A stretch of DNA of 64,000 bases from Selaginella moellendorffii (taxonomy: Eukaryota > Plantae > Lycopodiophyta): NCBI RefSeq assembly GCF_000143415.4, contig NW_003314318.1, positions 744,001-808,000 of the forward strand. Direction: 5' to 3'. This document shows positions 1 through 13,174 of the stretch, in pieces. The notes below the pieces were generated by a model. It saw nothing but the letters and a program-made list of their open reading frames with translations, made no database searches and was not told the DNA's origin. The position numbers were made by a program, and so were the translations under genes. The stretch's first letter is position 1; each line of letters begins with the position of its first letter.

Positions 1-3000
1 CCCAACCTCCGTATATGCATCTACGGATGGCATCACACAGGATGTCTAGCGTGACTCTCCACGCCAATGCACGAATTTATACTTAAAGCGCGCTACAAAT
101 CACTACTTAGGAACCTAATTCCTCCACACTGCCAAGACCTCTTACTTGACAAATTTGTGATCCTGCATGGACTCCTCCATGCTTGGCCCCATGGGCCACC
201 CCTTTGAAGTTGGCTCCTTCAACTAAGGTATTCGTTCCCTCGACTTGCCAATCTCACTTAACAAGTCATCTGGCCACCGTAACATGGTTCATGCATAAGC
301 GTGAAAGTCCTTAACCATTGACTTTCATTCAAAGCTCTTTCTTTGAACACTCGGGAACTACTTCCCCAACCTCGATAGCCTCGCCTCATGGCAAATTTCA
401 AGACCACGCTTCTGATGCGCCACTCTGATTTTGCACGTTCTATGAACCATTTACACTTGGCTAACTAGGTACTTATTTACCTAGGGGAATGTTCAAATAA
501 CTCTGTTCCTTAGCTTGCTAAGGTCTCTCCTTTCGCAACCTTTTCAATTACTATATAGTCCTACATGGACAATCTTATGCTTTAGACTTTCCATGGCATC
601 CTGGTCGTTAGTAACAACATGCTTAAGGACCCACTTGATTCTCCACTCCCAACTTGTATAACCACCCTTGGTCATGTCTGTCAATTCCTATAATTCGGTT
701 TTATCCTTTTACTACTTGCCTTTTGGCTTCATACATTTCTTTTGGTTATTCTTCTCCAGACTAGGAAGATAGCTTTACACTTTCTACCATGCCTTAGCAA
801 GTATTCATAGGGATGAACTTACCCGACAGCCTAGGGAGTGGTTCCTCGATTTGATTTTTCTCACCTTGTAATCTCACACACTGGAATTATCGTTGCTACT
901 TTTGGGCCTTCATATGCCCATCACTAGCCTCGCCAAAATCCCCTTTTTGGCTTTATCCAATTTGGGTAGACGGACTTTTCCCGTCTCCGTAACCTTGGAC
1001 ATTTGGATAGCACCTTCTATCTATCATTCACTAACGACTTTGTCCTTTGGGCATTATCCATTGCCTTCATGACACCAAACACTACCTTCTGGTGTTCTAG
1101 AGTGTTTGGGTGTCCCAATGATGGCCTCTCTGACAATGAACAATCCCCTTTCGACATTGACTTACTATATCGTAACATAAGCAATTTATCCCCCATAAGG
1201 GTATATCTAACTTCTTTATCCCAATAAGAAGTCTTAGGTAGTTGCCTTCTACCAGTTTAACGAATTATTTTGCACCTTTTGCTTAGTTGCCTCATAGTTG
1301 TCAAGTCCTACAACTCATTGCTAGTGCTTCCACACCTCCATCATTATCTGGGTCACCGCACTCTAACCGCATGTCTTCTAGTTTAGGCTATGCCATTCCC
1401 ATTTCCATTAGGATTCCTTTGGAAGGGATTCTCATAAACCTGCTAACTTGACCTCAAGGTAGCACGCCTTGGCACCATTGGTATCTCCACACCATCAGCT
1501 CCACGAGCCTACCTTTATGACATTTCTTACTTGTGTCTAGGTCTTTTTGCCATGACCAATACGGTTGTCTCTTATGCCAATTATCCATTAGCACTGCACC
1601 ATAGAGTGCATGCACAACTTTGTGTTAAAGTTGTTTTTCTTCTGGGAAACTTTTTCCCACGACTTTAGCATAGCACCTTCTGCCATCAATGAGATACACA
1701 CTGTTTTCATGCTTGGATCTTAAGATCCTCCCCATCCTTTGTGGGGCACCACACGCCTCAGTTTAAATGCTTCCATCAATCCCTTAGAATTATTCCTTGA
1801 CTTTATTTGAGTCATCTAGCTTTTTGGACTTTGTTAATTCGACGACCCATGAGGTCCTACTTTTGAGGTGCCAGCTCATTGGAATACAACTCCTTATATT
1901 CATGTCCTACTCACAAGGACCATCTTTGCAAGTGTTACTCCGACACTTGATTTTATTATCTAGAGGCAACCTTTTGCCCCTTATGACCACCTGTCCATGT
2001 GATGAAAATACCAACTCATCCTCTAAGTATACCCCCAACTCCTTGGGTTATTCTAGCATTTATTAGAGGTAGCCTCGGCTACCATTTCAAGGACTTGTGT
2101 CCTCTTTCGTATTTGACCTCCCACGGTCATCAATTCCGATCTCAAATTTATGAGCACCAGCCTCAACTATATGAGGGTAATCTTGTGACTCCTTTATTTT
2201 TTTGGAATCTGCATCTTTCCCGTGATCTCAACTATAGTTGTTTACCACAACTACATTAGCCCATTCGCTGTGTCAAACGCTCATCTGGATCACATCCTCA
2301 ACTTTATGAGGAAACCCTTATACTGTTCCCAAGATCCCAAAGTTGTTCCCTTACCAGCCCTTTTCCATCCACCACATTGCGCACAAGTTCACACATGGAC
2401 TTGAGTGGGGAGCCATGTCCTCTTGCCATGCTACTCCTCAAGGATAGGTCCATACCCAGGACCTTCCTATTCAAATACAAGTGGTGATATACTTGGCCAC
2501 CAATAAAAGTCGGACTAAGGAATAGTTCCGATACCAAGTTGTAAGCGACTAATCTTTCCATTCTACTTTAGTCAATTAACCTCACCTTCAACCACTTGGA
2601 GGAATCTCATTCACAACCTCCATAAATCTCATTCAGGACTTGGGGCTTGCTAGCCCCGAGAATGGCATCCATGCCACTCAACCGTTACACTTGATCCAAG
2701 TGCTCCATGTGTTTGATCCCATAACCGACACCCCAAGGTACCATCGACCTCTCAGCCCATTACGCTAAGGCCATGCCCATTTAACTTAGTCACACTAGTG
2801 GTCCAACACCACTTGCATCGCAGTCCCGTCTCTCAAAGACTAGGCCATCCATCCATGAGTGATCATCCCAAATCCACTCCTTAGCATCCTTAAGATGCCC
2901 ATAGACATGGGGGTTACCCTTCCCCAATATTTCTTTTCCAATCCCTACCAAGTCCCTTTCTGTCCATGGCCGCATTTACCAACACTGCCACTGGATCAAG

Positions 3001-3429
3001 GCCCACAGGCCCGACCTCTAAGTCCCACTGTCCTTTGGGACTTCCTCACCATGTGACTGTATCCTCGGTCACTGCACTAGAGGATTGCTCCTTTTCCTTT
3101 TCACTGTCTGGGACTTTGGGACAACATTTCGGAACACCGTGGCCTTATGCAAGCCTCATGGGTACTCTCCCCGCCTCCCCCCTTTAGGTGCTCTAGCCAT
3201 GGGCTTAGAGCGAGGTTCCATTGAGCCACGCCAGGTATCCAAGTAGGTAGTGCCACCCACACTTGGATTGGGAGCATCGGCCAGTTGATCTCCCGGAGGA
3301 ACTAAAGTTGGCTCTTGAACACTTCACCAAGCTACCCCGTTTGTCGGTCCGTGTTCACTGTAGTCTTGGACTTCCCAGTGGGCAGCTCATCACTCGACAC
3401 TGGGTACAGCCTTCTTGGGCCAAACTGGC
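1..3429 (-). mobile_element. Non-autonomous LTR retrotransposon, copy A (partial: internal region, PBS and truncated 5' LTR)
   Basis: 1-2539 aligns by eye with the internal region of copy D (13110-15662). The PBS reads TGGTATCGGAAC on the minus strand at 2525-2536. The LTR edge TGTAAGCGACTAA starts at 2540 and the LTR breaks off at about 3429. Confidence 0.85.
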
Positions 3430-4886
3430 GTTAGACCACCGGTGTGACCAAGGTGAATGGGCATGGCCCTAGCGTAACAGGCCAATATGTCAAGGGTACC
3501 TTGGGGTGTCAGTCATGGGATCGAACATGTGGAGCACTTGGACCAAATGCAAATGTGGAGTGGCATGGATGCTATTCTTGGGGCTAGCAAGCCCCAAGTC
3601 CTAACTGGGACTTATGGAGGTTGTGAATGAGACTCCTCGAAGTGGTCCGAGGTTCAGTTAAATGACTAAAGTAAAATGGAAAAATTAGTCACTTACAACT
3701 TGGTATTGGAGCTGTTTCTTAGTCTAACTCTTATTAGTGGCCAAGTATATAACCACTTGTATTGGAATTGGAAGATCCTAGGTATGGACCTACCCTTAAG
3801 GAGTAGCATGTTGAGAGGACATGGCTCTCCACTCAAGTTCATGTGTGAACTTGTGCGCAATGTGGTGGATGGAAAAGGGTCAGTAAGGGAATGACTTTGG
3901 GATTTTGGGAACAGTATAAAGGTTTCCTCAGAGAGTTGAGGATGTGATTTAGATGAGCGTTTGACGCAGCAAACGGGCTAATGTAGTTGTGGTAAACAAC
4001 TATAGTTGGGATCACGAGAAAAATGCAGACTCCAAAACAATAAAGGAGTCACAAGATTATCCTCATATAGTTGAGGCTGGTGCTCATAAATTTGAGACCG
4101 GAATTTATGACCGTGGGAGGTCAAATACGGAAGAGGACACAAGTCCTTGAAATAGTAGTCGGGGCTACCTCTAATAAATGCTGGAACAACCCAAGGAGTT
4201 GGGGGTGTACTTAGAGGATGAGTTGGTATTCTGATCACATGGACAAGTAGTTCTAAGGGGCAAAAGGTTGCCCCCAGAGAACAAAATCAAGTGTTGGAAT
4301 AACACTCATGATGGTGGTCTTGGTAAGTAGGACATGAATAGAAGAAATTGTATTTCAATGAGCTAGCACCTCAAAAGTAAGACCTTATAGGTCAGGGGAT
4401 TAGAAAAAATCCAAAAGGCTGAATGACTTAAGTGGAGTCAAAGAATGGTCCTAAAGGACTGATGGAAGCATTTGAACTGAGGTGTGTTGTGCCCCATGAA
4501 GGATGGGGAGGATCATAAGATCCAAGTATGAGAATGGTGGGTATCTCATGGGTGGCAGAATGTGCCATACTAAAGTCGTGGGAAAGGTGTTCCCAGAAGA
4601 AGCAACTTTGGTGCAGAGTTGTGTGCAAACACTATGGTGTAGTGCTAATGGATAGTTGGCATGAGAAACGACTGGGTTGGTCTTGGCAAAAACCTATACA
4701 CAAGTGCAAAGTGTCATAAAGGCAAACTCATGGAGCCGATAGTATGGGGACACCAAATGGGCTAAGGTGTGATACCTTGGGATTATGTTGATGGGTTCAT
4801 GAGAACCCTTTACCAAAGGAATCCCAATGGAAATGGGAATGGCATAGCCTAAGCTAGAAGGCATGTGGTAGAGTGTGGTGACCCGG

Positions 4887-6610
4887 TGTGAGACACAAAA
4901 TCCCTAGGCCCTAAAGTGGAGCTGGAAGGGCACCACGTGGTAGTGGCTGAAGCGAAAGCCAAACGAGCGTAACACATTTGGACTAAAAGCTCCGACTTGG
5001 AAGGTCGAGAGTGGGAGTGGAACTCTCAACAAAGTGCTCGAGGAGTGAGCACGAGGAAACCAATAAGCAAGGCTCCAAAAAGGGACCCAAAAAGGACCAA
5101 CACATGACATGTGGAAGTGTCCGAGATGAACTCCGAGATGGAGTCCGAGATGGACTGAGACAGAGTCCGATATGGAGTCCAAAATGGAGTCCGAGGTGGA
5201 CCGAGACGGAGTCCGATATGGAGTCCGATATGGAGTCCGAGATGGAGTTCGAGGTGGAGTCCGAGGTGGACCGAGATGGAGTCCGAGATGGAGTCCGAGA
5301 TGGACCGAGATGGAGTCCGAGATGGAGTCCAAGACGAAGTCCGAGGTGGACCGAGACGGAGTCCGAGATGGAGTCCGAGATGGACCGAGATGGAGTCCGA
5401 GATGGAGTCCGAGAGGGACCCGAGATGGAATCCGAGATGGAGTCCGAGAAGGACCCGTGATGGAGTCCGAGGTCGAGACCGAGACCGGGACCGAGACCGA
5501 GACCGAGACCGAAACCGGGACCAAGACCGAGACCGAGACCGAGATCGGGACCGAGACCGAGGCCGAGTCCGAGTCCGAGTCCGAGTCCGAGTCTGAGTCC
5601 GAGTTCGAGTCTGAGAGGGTGAAAGCCCAAAACGTTCGTCTCCCAGACCCTAGGGGGTTTGGTGAGCTCCAAAAGTATAGTAAGGGGGAGGACTGCAGTG
5701 GAGCCAATTTGGCCAGGAAAGGCCAGTTTGGCCCAAGAAGGCCGGACCCAGTGTTGGGTGATGAGCTGCCCACTGGGAAGTCCAAGACTAGAGTGAACAC
5801 AAGCCAACAAGCGGGGTAGCTTGGTGAAGTGTTCAAGAGCCGGCTCTAGTTCCCCCGGGAGATCGACTGGCCGATGCTCCCAGTCCAAGTGTGGGTGGCA
5901 CTACCTACTTGGATACCTGGTGTGGCTCAACGGAACCCGCTCTAAGCCCATGGCTAGAGCACCCAAAGGCAGAAGGCGAGGAGAGTACCCATGAGGCCCG
6001 CATAGGGCCATGGTGTTCCGAAATGTTGTCCCAAAGTCCCAGACTGTGGAAAGGAAAAGGAGTAGCCCTCTGGTGTGGTGACAAAGGACATGGTCACCTA
6101 GTGAGGAAGTCCCAGAGGACAGTTGGACTTAGAGGTCGGGCCTGCGGGCCTTGATCCAGTGGCAGTGTTGGTGAACATGGCCATCGATAGAGAGGGACTT
6201 GGTGGGGACCGGAAAAAAGATATTGGGGAAGGTTATTCCCCAAGTCTGCGAGCATCCTAAGGATGCTAAGGAGTGGATTTGGGATGATCACTCATGGATG
6301 GACGGCCTAGTCTATGAGAGACAGGATTGCAATGTAAGTGGTGTTGGACCACCGGTGTGACCAAGGTGAATAGGGATGGCCTTAGCGTAACGGGCCGATA
6401 TGTCGGTGGTACCTTGGGGTGTCGATCATGGGATCAGACACGGGGAGCACTTGGACCAAGTGCGAAGGTTGAGTGGCATGAATGCCATTCTCGGGGCCAG
6501 CAAGCCCCAAGTCCTGAGTTGGACTTATGGAGGTTGTGAATGAGACTCCTCCAAGTGGTCGGAGGTGTGGTTAAGTGACTAAAGTAGAATGGAAAAATTA
6601 GTCGCTTACA
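4887..6610 (+). mobile_element. Solo LTR (1724 bp) inserted into copy B
   Basis: TGTGAGACACAAAATCC...AAAATTAGTCGCTTACA termini with a perfect 5-bp TSD CCCGG (4882-4886 and 6611-6615). The flanks rejoin to the uninterrupted internal sequence seen near 1330-1365 and 14455-14490. Confidence 0.93.
5120..5613. repeat. LTR-internal VNTR (12-mer GAGATGGAGTCC, then hexamers GAGACC and GAGTCC)
   Basis: Directly visible tandem array; it produces the stop-free repetitive ORFs in the ORF track. Confidence 0.95.
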
Positions 6611-9600
6611 CCCGGATAATGATGGAGGTGTGCAAACACCAGCAATGAGTTGTAGGACTTAACAACTATGAGGCAACTAAGCAAGAGGTGCAGGTAATTG
6701 GTTAAACAGGCAGAAGGTAGCTATCCAAGACTTCTTAATGGCATAAAGAAGTTAAATATACCCTTATCGGGGATAAGTTGCTTATGTTGCAATATAGTAA
6801 GTCAATGTCGTAAAAGGAAATGCTCATTGTCAAGGAAGCCATCATTGAGACACCTAAACACTCTAAAACACCAAGAGGTGGTATTTAGTGTTGCTAGGGC
6901 AATAGATAAGGCATAAGGGATAAAGTCCCTAACGAATGATGGATAAAAGGTGCATCCAAGGTTGCAGAGATGGGAGAAATCTCTCTACCAAAATTGGACA
7001 AGGCTAATGATGGGCATAGAAAGGGCCATAAGTAGCAATGGTAATCCTAGTGTGTGGGATTACAAAGTGAGCAAACCCGGATTGAGGAACCACTCCCTAG
7101 GCTGTCAGGTAGGTTCATCCCTATGAATACTTGCCAAGGCAGGGTAGAAAGTGCAAAGCTATCTTCCTAATTTGGAGGAGAATAACTGAAAGAAATATAT
7201 GAGGCCAAAAGACAAGTAGTAAAGGGATAGAACCAAACCATAAGAATTAACAGGCATGACCAAAGGTGGTTATGCAAGTTGGGAGTGGAGAATTCAATAG
7301 GTGCTCAAGCGTGTTATTACTAGCGATCGGGATGCCATGGAGAGTCAAAAACATGGGATTGTCCATGTTAGACTATATGGCAATTGGAAAGCTTGCAAAA
7401 GGAGAGGCCTTAACAAGCTAAAGGGACAAAGTTCCTTCGAAAGGTTCCCAAAAACAATTTTAGGTAGCTGGATACCTAGAAAGCCAAGTGTAAATGGTTC
7501 ATAGAATGCGCGAAATCAGAATGGCACAGCAAAAGCGTGGTCTTGAAGTTTGTCATAAGGCAAGGCTATCAAAATTGGGGAAGTAGTTCCCGAGTGTTCA
7601 AAAAGAGGGCTTTGAACGAAAGTTGATGGTTACGGACTTTCACGCTTATGCACGAACTATGTTACGGTGGCCTGATGACTTGCTAAATGAGATTGGCAAG
7701 TCGGGGGGAACAAATACCCTAGTTGAAGGTGCTAACTTCAAAAGGGTGGCCCATGGGGCCAAGCATGGAGGAGTCCACAAACATGTAAAGTGAGAGGACT
7801 TAGCAGTGTGGAAGAATTAGGTTCCTAAGCTGTGATCTGTAGCGCGCTTTAAATATAAGTTGGTGCACCGGCGTGGGGAGTCACGCCAGGCATCTTGTGT
7901 GATGCTGTCCGTAGATGCATATACGGAGGTTGGGTTCGAGTCCCAATTCACTAGGGTGTGGTGATGGTTTGGAATATGACACTTATTTTTCAGTGGTCAT
8001 GGACTCTTAGTAAAGAGACTAGCTTGGGCACACCGCCAAGCGGGGGATGCCCCGGAGTTATGATGCACAGTTAGATTGCTTAGTGTGAAAGCTCGGCATA
8101 TCTAACTTGAACGCTTTGGTGCAAGTGGCACCAAGGACGTGGTGAGTGAGATGGGGACACTTAATCTCAGTTGCTATGGACCCTTGGCCGTAAGGGCTGG
8201 CTTAGGTGCACCGCCAAGTGTGGGGGATGCCCCTGGGGTTATGGTCAACAACTTGAAGGTCTAGAAGACCAAATACCTCTTGGCAACTCTATTAAGGTGC
8301 CAAGGTGAGATCACTAAGTGATCTTATGGCCAAATAAGGACAAGTGACTAGAGTAAAATAAAAAAATTAGTGACTTACACTTGGAGCTCATTCCTCGAAC
8401 CCTTCGTTGGGATTTCTACTCCTGCTCTTGACTTTTCAAGTTAGAGCTTTTAGTCCAAATATATTACGCTCATTTGGCTTTCACTTCGGCCATTACCACG
8501 TGGCACCCTTTCGGCTTCACTTTAAGGCTGTGTCTCACAACTCCATAGACAAAGTTCGATGTCCTCATTGAATGATAAACCATTTTATAAAGTAACCTTA
8601 TAATGGATTACCACTTTCCATCTTTGACACCTAGCTAATATTTGTCAATGGTTTGACACCAAAGGCTTACCATGCCTTGTCCATCCTCTAAGGAGCATAG
8701 TTTCTCCAATTTAAAGACTTATTAGACCACTTATGGTGGTCTTTCCCCTTTTGCTCATTTAGTTCATGCTAAACTCGTTAAAAACACCTTCTCTATTTCA
8801 ATTTGACTCTTCATTCAGGAGTAGCTTTGGCCTCTACCAGCATAATCATTGCACTTTGTAACTTTTAATTTTGATTTCTCAAAGTCAATTTCTTAGGTGT
8901 TTCCGACACCTTGTATTGTACATCTTGTGCCCCCATCCTAGGAAGTCCTTTACTTGAGGGCACTATCATCCTCTCTTTTATTTCATGCTACTCTAGACAC
9001 TAAATTCTATTTTTCCATAATTTGTGCTAGGGCTGTCCATGACCTTATAATTTAGCTACCTTGCAACTCCCTCCCTTAGAGCTTTCACCTTTGCCAAATT
9101 GAAGCATTTGGGAATTCATCCTTGCTCAACTTTGTTGTTTTGATTTCTTCTAATAATTTTCATTGCCCAAACTTGGCCACTAATCTTTTGTTCATATCCT
9201 TTAATTGTTGTACCAAGCAATACACAATCACTACCTCCATCCTTGAGGTATCCTTTTCGTTCCATAGCAAAGGCTTTACTTTACCAAGTTTAAGGTGTTC
9301 ACCCCTAGTAAATTTCCCCAATATTTTCTACTTTGGGCTCTATTCATGGCCTAACCTTGCGACCCACCTAAGGGTCCTTTTTTGGAGATTATTTTTTTGA
9401 ACTCACAATACTATTGTATTATCACTATTCATTTCTCTTAAGTGTTCTTCCCACTTGGTCACCTTGACTAAGCCACACTATTATCAATAGTTCAAATCAC
9501 TAGGAATTTTATTCCTTAACCTCATAAAGACCTCATCTTTGCTTAGCTATAAGATCACATAGTGATCTAACCTTGACACCTTTGTCAATAAGTACTAAGT

Positions 9601-9793
9601 CTTCTAGACTTTTAAGTTGTTAACCATGACCCCAGAGGCATCCCCCACACTTCACGGTGCACCCAAGCCAACCCTTCTGGCCAAGGGTTCATAACAACTA
9701 AGATTGAGTGTCCCCATCTCATTCACCACATCTTTGGTACCATTTGCACCAAAGTGTTCATGTTAGATAAAGCAATCTAATAATGCATCACAA

Positions 9794-11505
9794 TGTGAGC
9801 GACTAAATTTTCCATTCTACTTTATTCACTTAACCACACCTCTGACCACTTGGAGGAGTCTCATTCACAACCTCCATAAGTCCAATCCAGGACTTGGGAC
9901 TTGCTAGCCCCGAGAATGGCATCCATGCCACTCAACATTTGCACTTGGTCCAAGTGCTCCACGTGTCCGATCCCATGACCGACACTCAAAGGTACCACCG
10001 ACATAGCAGCCTGTTACGCTAAGGCCATGCCCAATCACCTTTGCCACACTGGTAGTCCAATACCACTTGCATCACCGTCTTGGCTCTCCAAGACTAGACA
10101 AACCATCCGTGAGTGGTCATCTCAGATCCACTCCTTAGCATCCTTAGGATGCCCACCGACAAGGGGAATAGCTTTCCCCAACATCCCTCTGTCAGTCCCC
10201 ACTAAGTCCCTTTCTGCCCCTGGCCGTGTTTGCCAACACTGCCACTGGATCGAGACCCACAGGCCCGACCACTAAGTCCCACGGTCCTCTGGGACTTCCT
10301 CACCACACGACTGTGTCCTTGGTCACTACCCCAGAGGACTGCTCCTCTTCCTTTCCACAGTCTGGGCCTTTGGGACAACATTTCGGAACACCGTGGCCTT
10401 ACGCGAGCCACCTAGGTACTCTCCTCGCCTTCTGCCCTTGGGTGCTCTAGCCATGGGCTTAGAGCGGGTTCCGTTGAGCCACACCAGGTATCCAAGTAGG
10501 TAGTGCCACCCACACTTGGACTGGGAGCATCGGCCAGTCGATCTCCCGGGGGAACTAGAGTCGGCTCTTGAACACTTCACGAAGCTACCCCGCTTGTCGG
10601 TCTGTGTTCACTCTAGTCTTGGACTTCCCAGTGGGCAGCTCATCACCCAACACTGGGTCCAGCCTTCCTGGGCCAAACTGGCCTTTCCTGGCCAAATTGG
10701 CTCCACTCCAGTCCTCCCCCTACTATACTTTTGGAGCTCACCAAACCCCCCAGGGTCTGGGAGACGAACGCTTTGGGCTTTCACCCTCTCAAACTCGAAC
10801 TCGGACTCGGACTCGAACTCGAACTTGGACTCGGACTCGGACTCGGACTCGGACTCGGACTCGGACTCGGACTCGGCCTCGGCCTCGGTCTCGGTCTCGG
10901 TCCCGATCTCGGTCTCGGTCTCGGTCTCGGTCCCGGTCTCGGTCTCGACTTCGGACTCCATCTCGGGTCCATCTCGGACTCCATCTCGGACTCCATTTCG
11001 GGTCCATCTCGGGTCCATCTCGGGTCCACCTCGGACTCCATCTCGGACTCCATCTCGGACTCCATCTCGGACTCCAACTCAGGTCCATTTTGGACTCCAC
11101 TTCGGACTCCAACTCGGGTCCATCTCGGACTCCACTTCGGACTCCAACTCGGGTCCATCTCGGACTCCACTTCGGACTCCAACTCGAGTCCATCTCGGAC
11201 TCCACTTCGGACTCCAACTCGGGTCCATCTCGGACTCCACTTCGGACTCCATCTCGGACTCCATCTCGGACTCCATCTCGGACTCCAACTCGGGTCCATT
11301 TTGGACTCCTTTTTGGAGCCTTGCTTTTTGCTCGCTTCGTGCTCGTTCCTCGAGCACTTCGTTGGGAGTTCCACTCCCGCTCTTGACTTTTCAAGTCGGA
11401 GCTTTTGGTCCAAACGTGTTACGCTCGTTTGGCTCTCGCTTCAGCCACTACCACGTGGCGCCCTTTCCGGCTCTACTTTGGGTCCTAGGGATTTTGTGTC
11501 TCACA
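9794..11505 (-). repeat. 3' LTR of copy D (1712 bp; VNTR about 10793-11310)
   Basis: Direct repeat of 15663-17506; immediately preceded on the minus strand by the PPT. Confidence 0.93.
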
Positions 11506-11520
11506 ACTCCACCACCCATA
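11506..11520 (-). other. Polypurine tract of copy D
   Basis: Minus strand TATGGGTGGTGGAGT directly abuts the TGTGAGAC start of the 3' LTR. Confidence 0.75.
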
Positions 11521-11610
11521 GACGAAGTTCGATGTCCTCATCGAACGGTAAACCATCTTATAAAGTAACACCCGCATGTGTTACCATTTCCATCCTTGGC
11601 ACCTAGCCAA

Positions 11611-11736
11611 TATTTGTCAATGGTTTGACATTGAAGGCTCACCATGCCTTCTCCATATTCGTCAATGGTTTGACATTGAAGGCTCACCATGCCTTTTGCA
11701 TATTCCTCAATGGTTTGACACCAAAGGCTCACCATG
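11611..11736. repeat. 45-bp tandem repeat (about 2.8 units) upstream of the PPT
   Basis: Units start at 11611, 11656 and 11701 (TATTxxTCAATGGTTTGACAxxxAAGGCTCACCATG). Copy C has a single unit near 8639. Confidence 0.9.
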
Positions 11737-13061
11737 TTTTGCCTATCCTCTAAGGAGGGTAGTCTCCCCAACTTAGAGACTGATTGGACCACATGTAGTG
11801 GTTCTCTCCTTTTATTGGTTTAGTTCTCGCTAAACCCCTTAGAGACCTTTCTCTAAGTCAATCCCACTACTCCTTCTCGAGTAGTCTCAATTTCCATCTA
11901 TTGAATGTTTGCACCTTGGAACTTTTACTCTTTTGACTTTTGGAAGTCAATTTCCTAGGTGTCTCCAACACCTTGCATTGCATAGATTGTGCAACTCCAC
12001 TTCCCCATCCTAGGAAGCTCATTACTTGAGGGCACCATCATCCTCTCTTCTATTTCGTGCCATCTTGGGCACTAAGTTCCATTTATCATACTTTGTGTTA
12101 GGGCTGTCCATGGCTCTATCATTTGGCTACCTTACCGCTCCCTCCCTTGGAGCTTCCACTTTCGCCAAATCAGAGCAATTCGGAATTCATCCTTGGAAAC
12201 ACACTTTCTTTTCCGGAATTTGTTAGCGTCCAACACATTAGTGTTCCTCGCCTAACTTTGTCACTTGGATTCCTTCCAAGGGATTCCACGGCCCTATCTT
12301 GGCCACTCATCTTTTGCTCCTATCCGTTGATTGTTGCACCAAGCAACATCGAATCTCTACCTCCCTCCTTGAGGTATTCTTTTGATTCCATAGCAAAGGC
12401 TCTGCTTTGCCAAGACTAGGGTGTTCACCCCTAGTAAGTCTCTTTTAACATCTTCTACTGTGGGCTCTATCCACGGCCCAACTTTGTGACCCTCCCATGG
12501 GTCTCTTTAGAGACTACTTTCCTTGGACACACTATGCCATCGCAATGACATAACTCATTTCCCTAAGGTGCTTTTCCCACTTGGTCACCTTGACCAAGCC
12601 ACACCATCATCAATAGTTCAAATCAACACTTTGAACTAGGAACCTTATTCCTTATCCCAAACAAGGACCTTGTCCTTATTTAACCACAAGATCACCTAGT
12701 GATCTCACCTCGGCACCTTAACAGGTTTGCCAATAGGTACTAGGTCTTCCAGACCTTTAACTTGTTAACTACGACCCCGGGGGCATCCCCCACACTTGGC
12801 GGTGCGCCCAAGCCAGCCCTTCCGGCCAAGGGTCCATAGCAACTGAGATTAGGTGTCCCCATCTCACTCACCACGTCCTTGGTGCCACTTGCACCAAAGC
12901 GTTCAAGTTAGATATGCCGAGCTTTCAAACTAAGCAATCTAACCGTGCGTCACGACTCCGAGGCATCCCTCGCTTGGTGGTGTGCCCAAACCAGTCTCCC
13001 CACTGAGAGTCCATGACCACCGAAATATGAGTGTCCTCATATTCCAAACCATCACCACGCC

Positions 13062-13174
13062 CTAGTGATTTGGGACTCGAACCCAAGCACTAGAGGGTCG
13101 GGACTCGAACCCAACCTCCGTATATGCATCTACGGACGGCATCACACAAGATGCCTGGCGTGACTCCCCACGCC
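13062..13174 (-). other. Five-hairpin RNA cassette with two T-loop/B-box motifs (GGGTTCGAGTCCC)
   Basis: Inverted repeats read directly at 13062-13093, 13096-13116, 13117-13136, 13138-13155 and 13157-13174. Homologous cassettes lie at 1-65, 7870-7955 and 17614-17647/19371-19455. Confidence 0.7.

Larger units (their letters stand above)
3430..8379 (+). mobile_element. Same LTR family, copy B (opposite orientation, rearranged)
   Basis: The LTR 3' part ends ...AATTAGTCACTTACA at 3697, followed by PBS TGGTATTGGAGC at 3701-3712. The internal region is the reverse complement of copies A/D. It ends in a short LTR-terminus remnant ...AATTAGTGACTTACA at 8379 and is interrupted by a solo LTR. Confidence 0.8.

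Noticed and set aside
7670-7712. CTGATGA plus stem as a hammerhead ribozyme (retrozyme)
   Set aside because: No GAAA after the stem, and the CTGATGA core is not conserved in young copy D.
10793-11310. CRISPR-like array
   Set aside because: Contiguous tandem monomers with no unique spacers, no cas genes, and a eukaryotic context.
13062-13174. Bona fide tRNA gene
   Set aside because: T-arm-like hairpins are present, but there is no acceptor stem, D-arm/A-box or anticodon arm in cloverleaf geometry.
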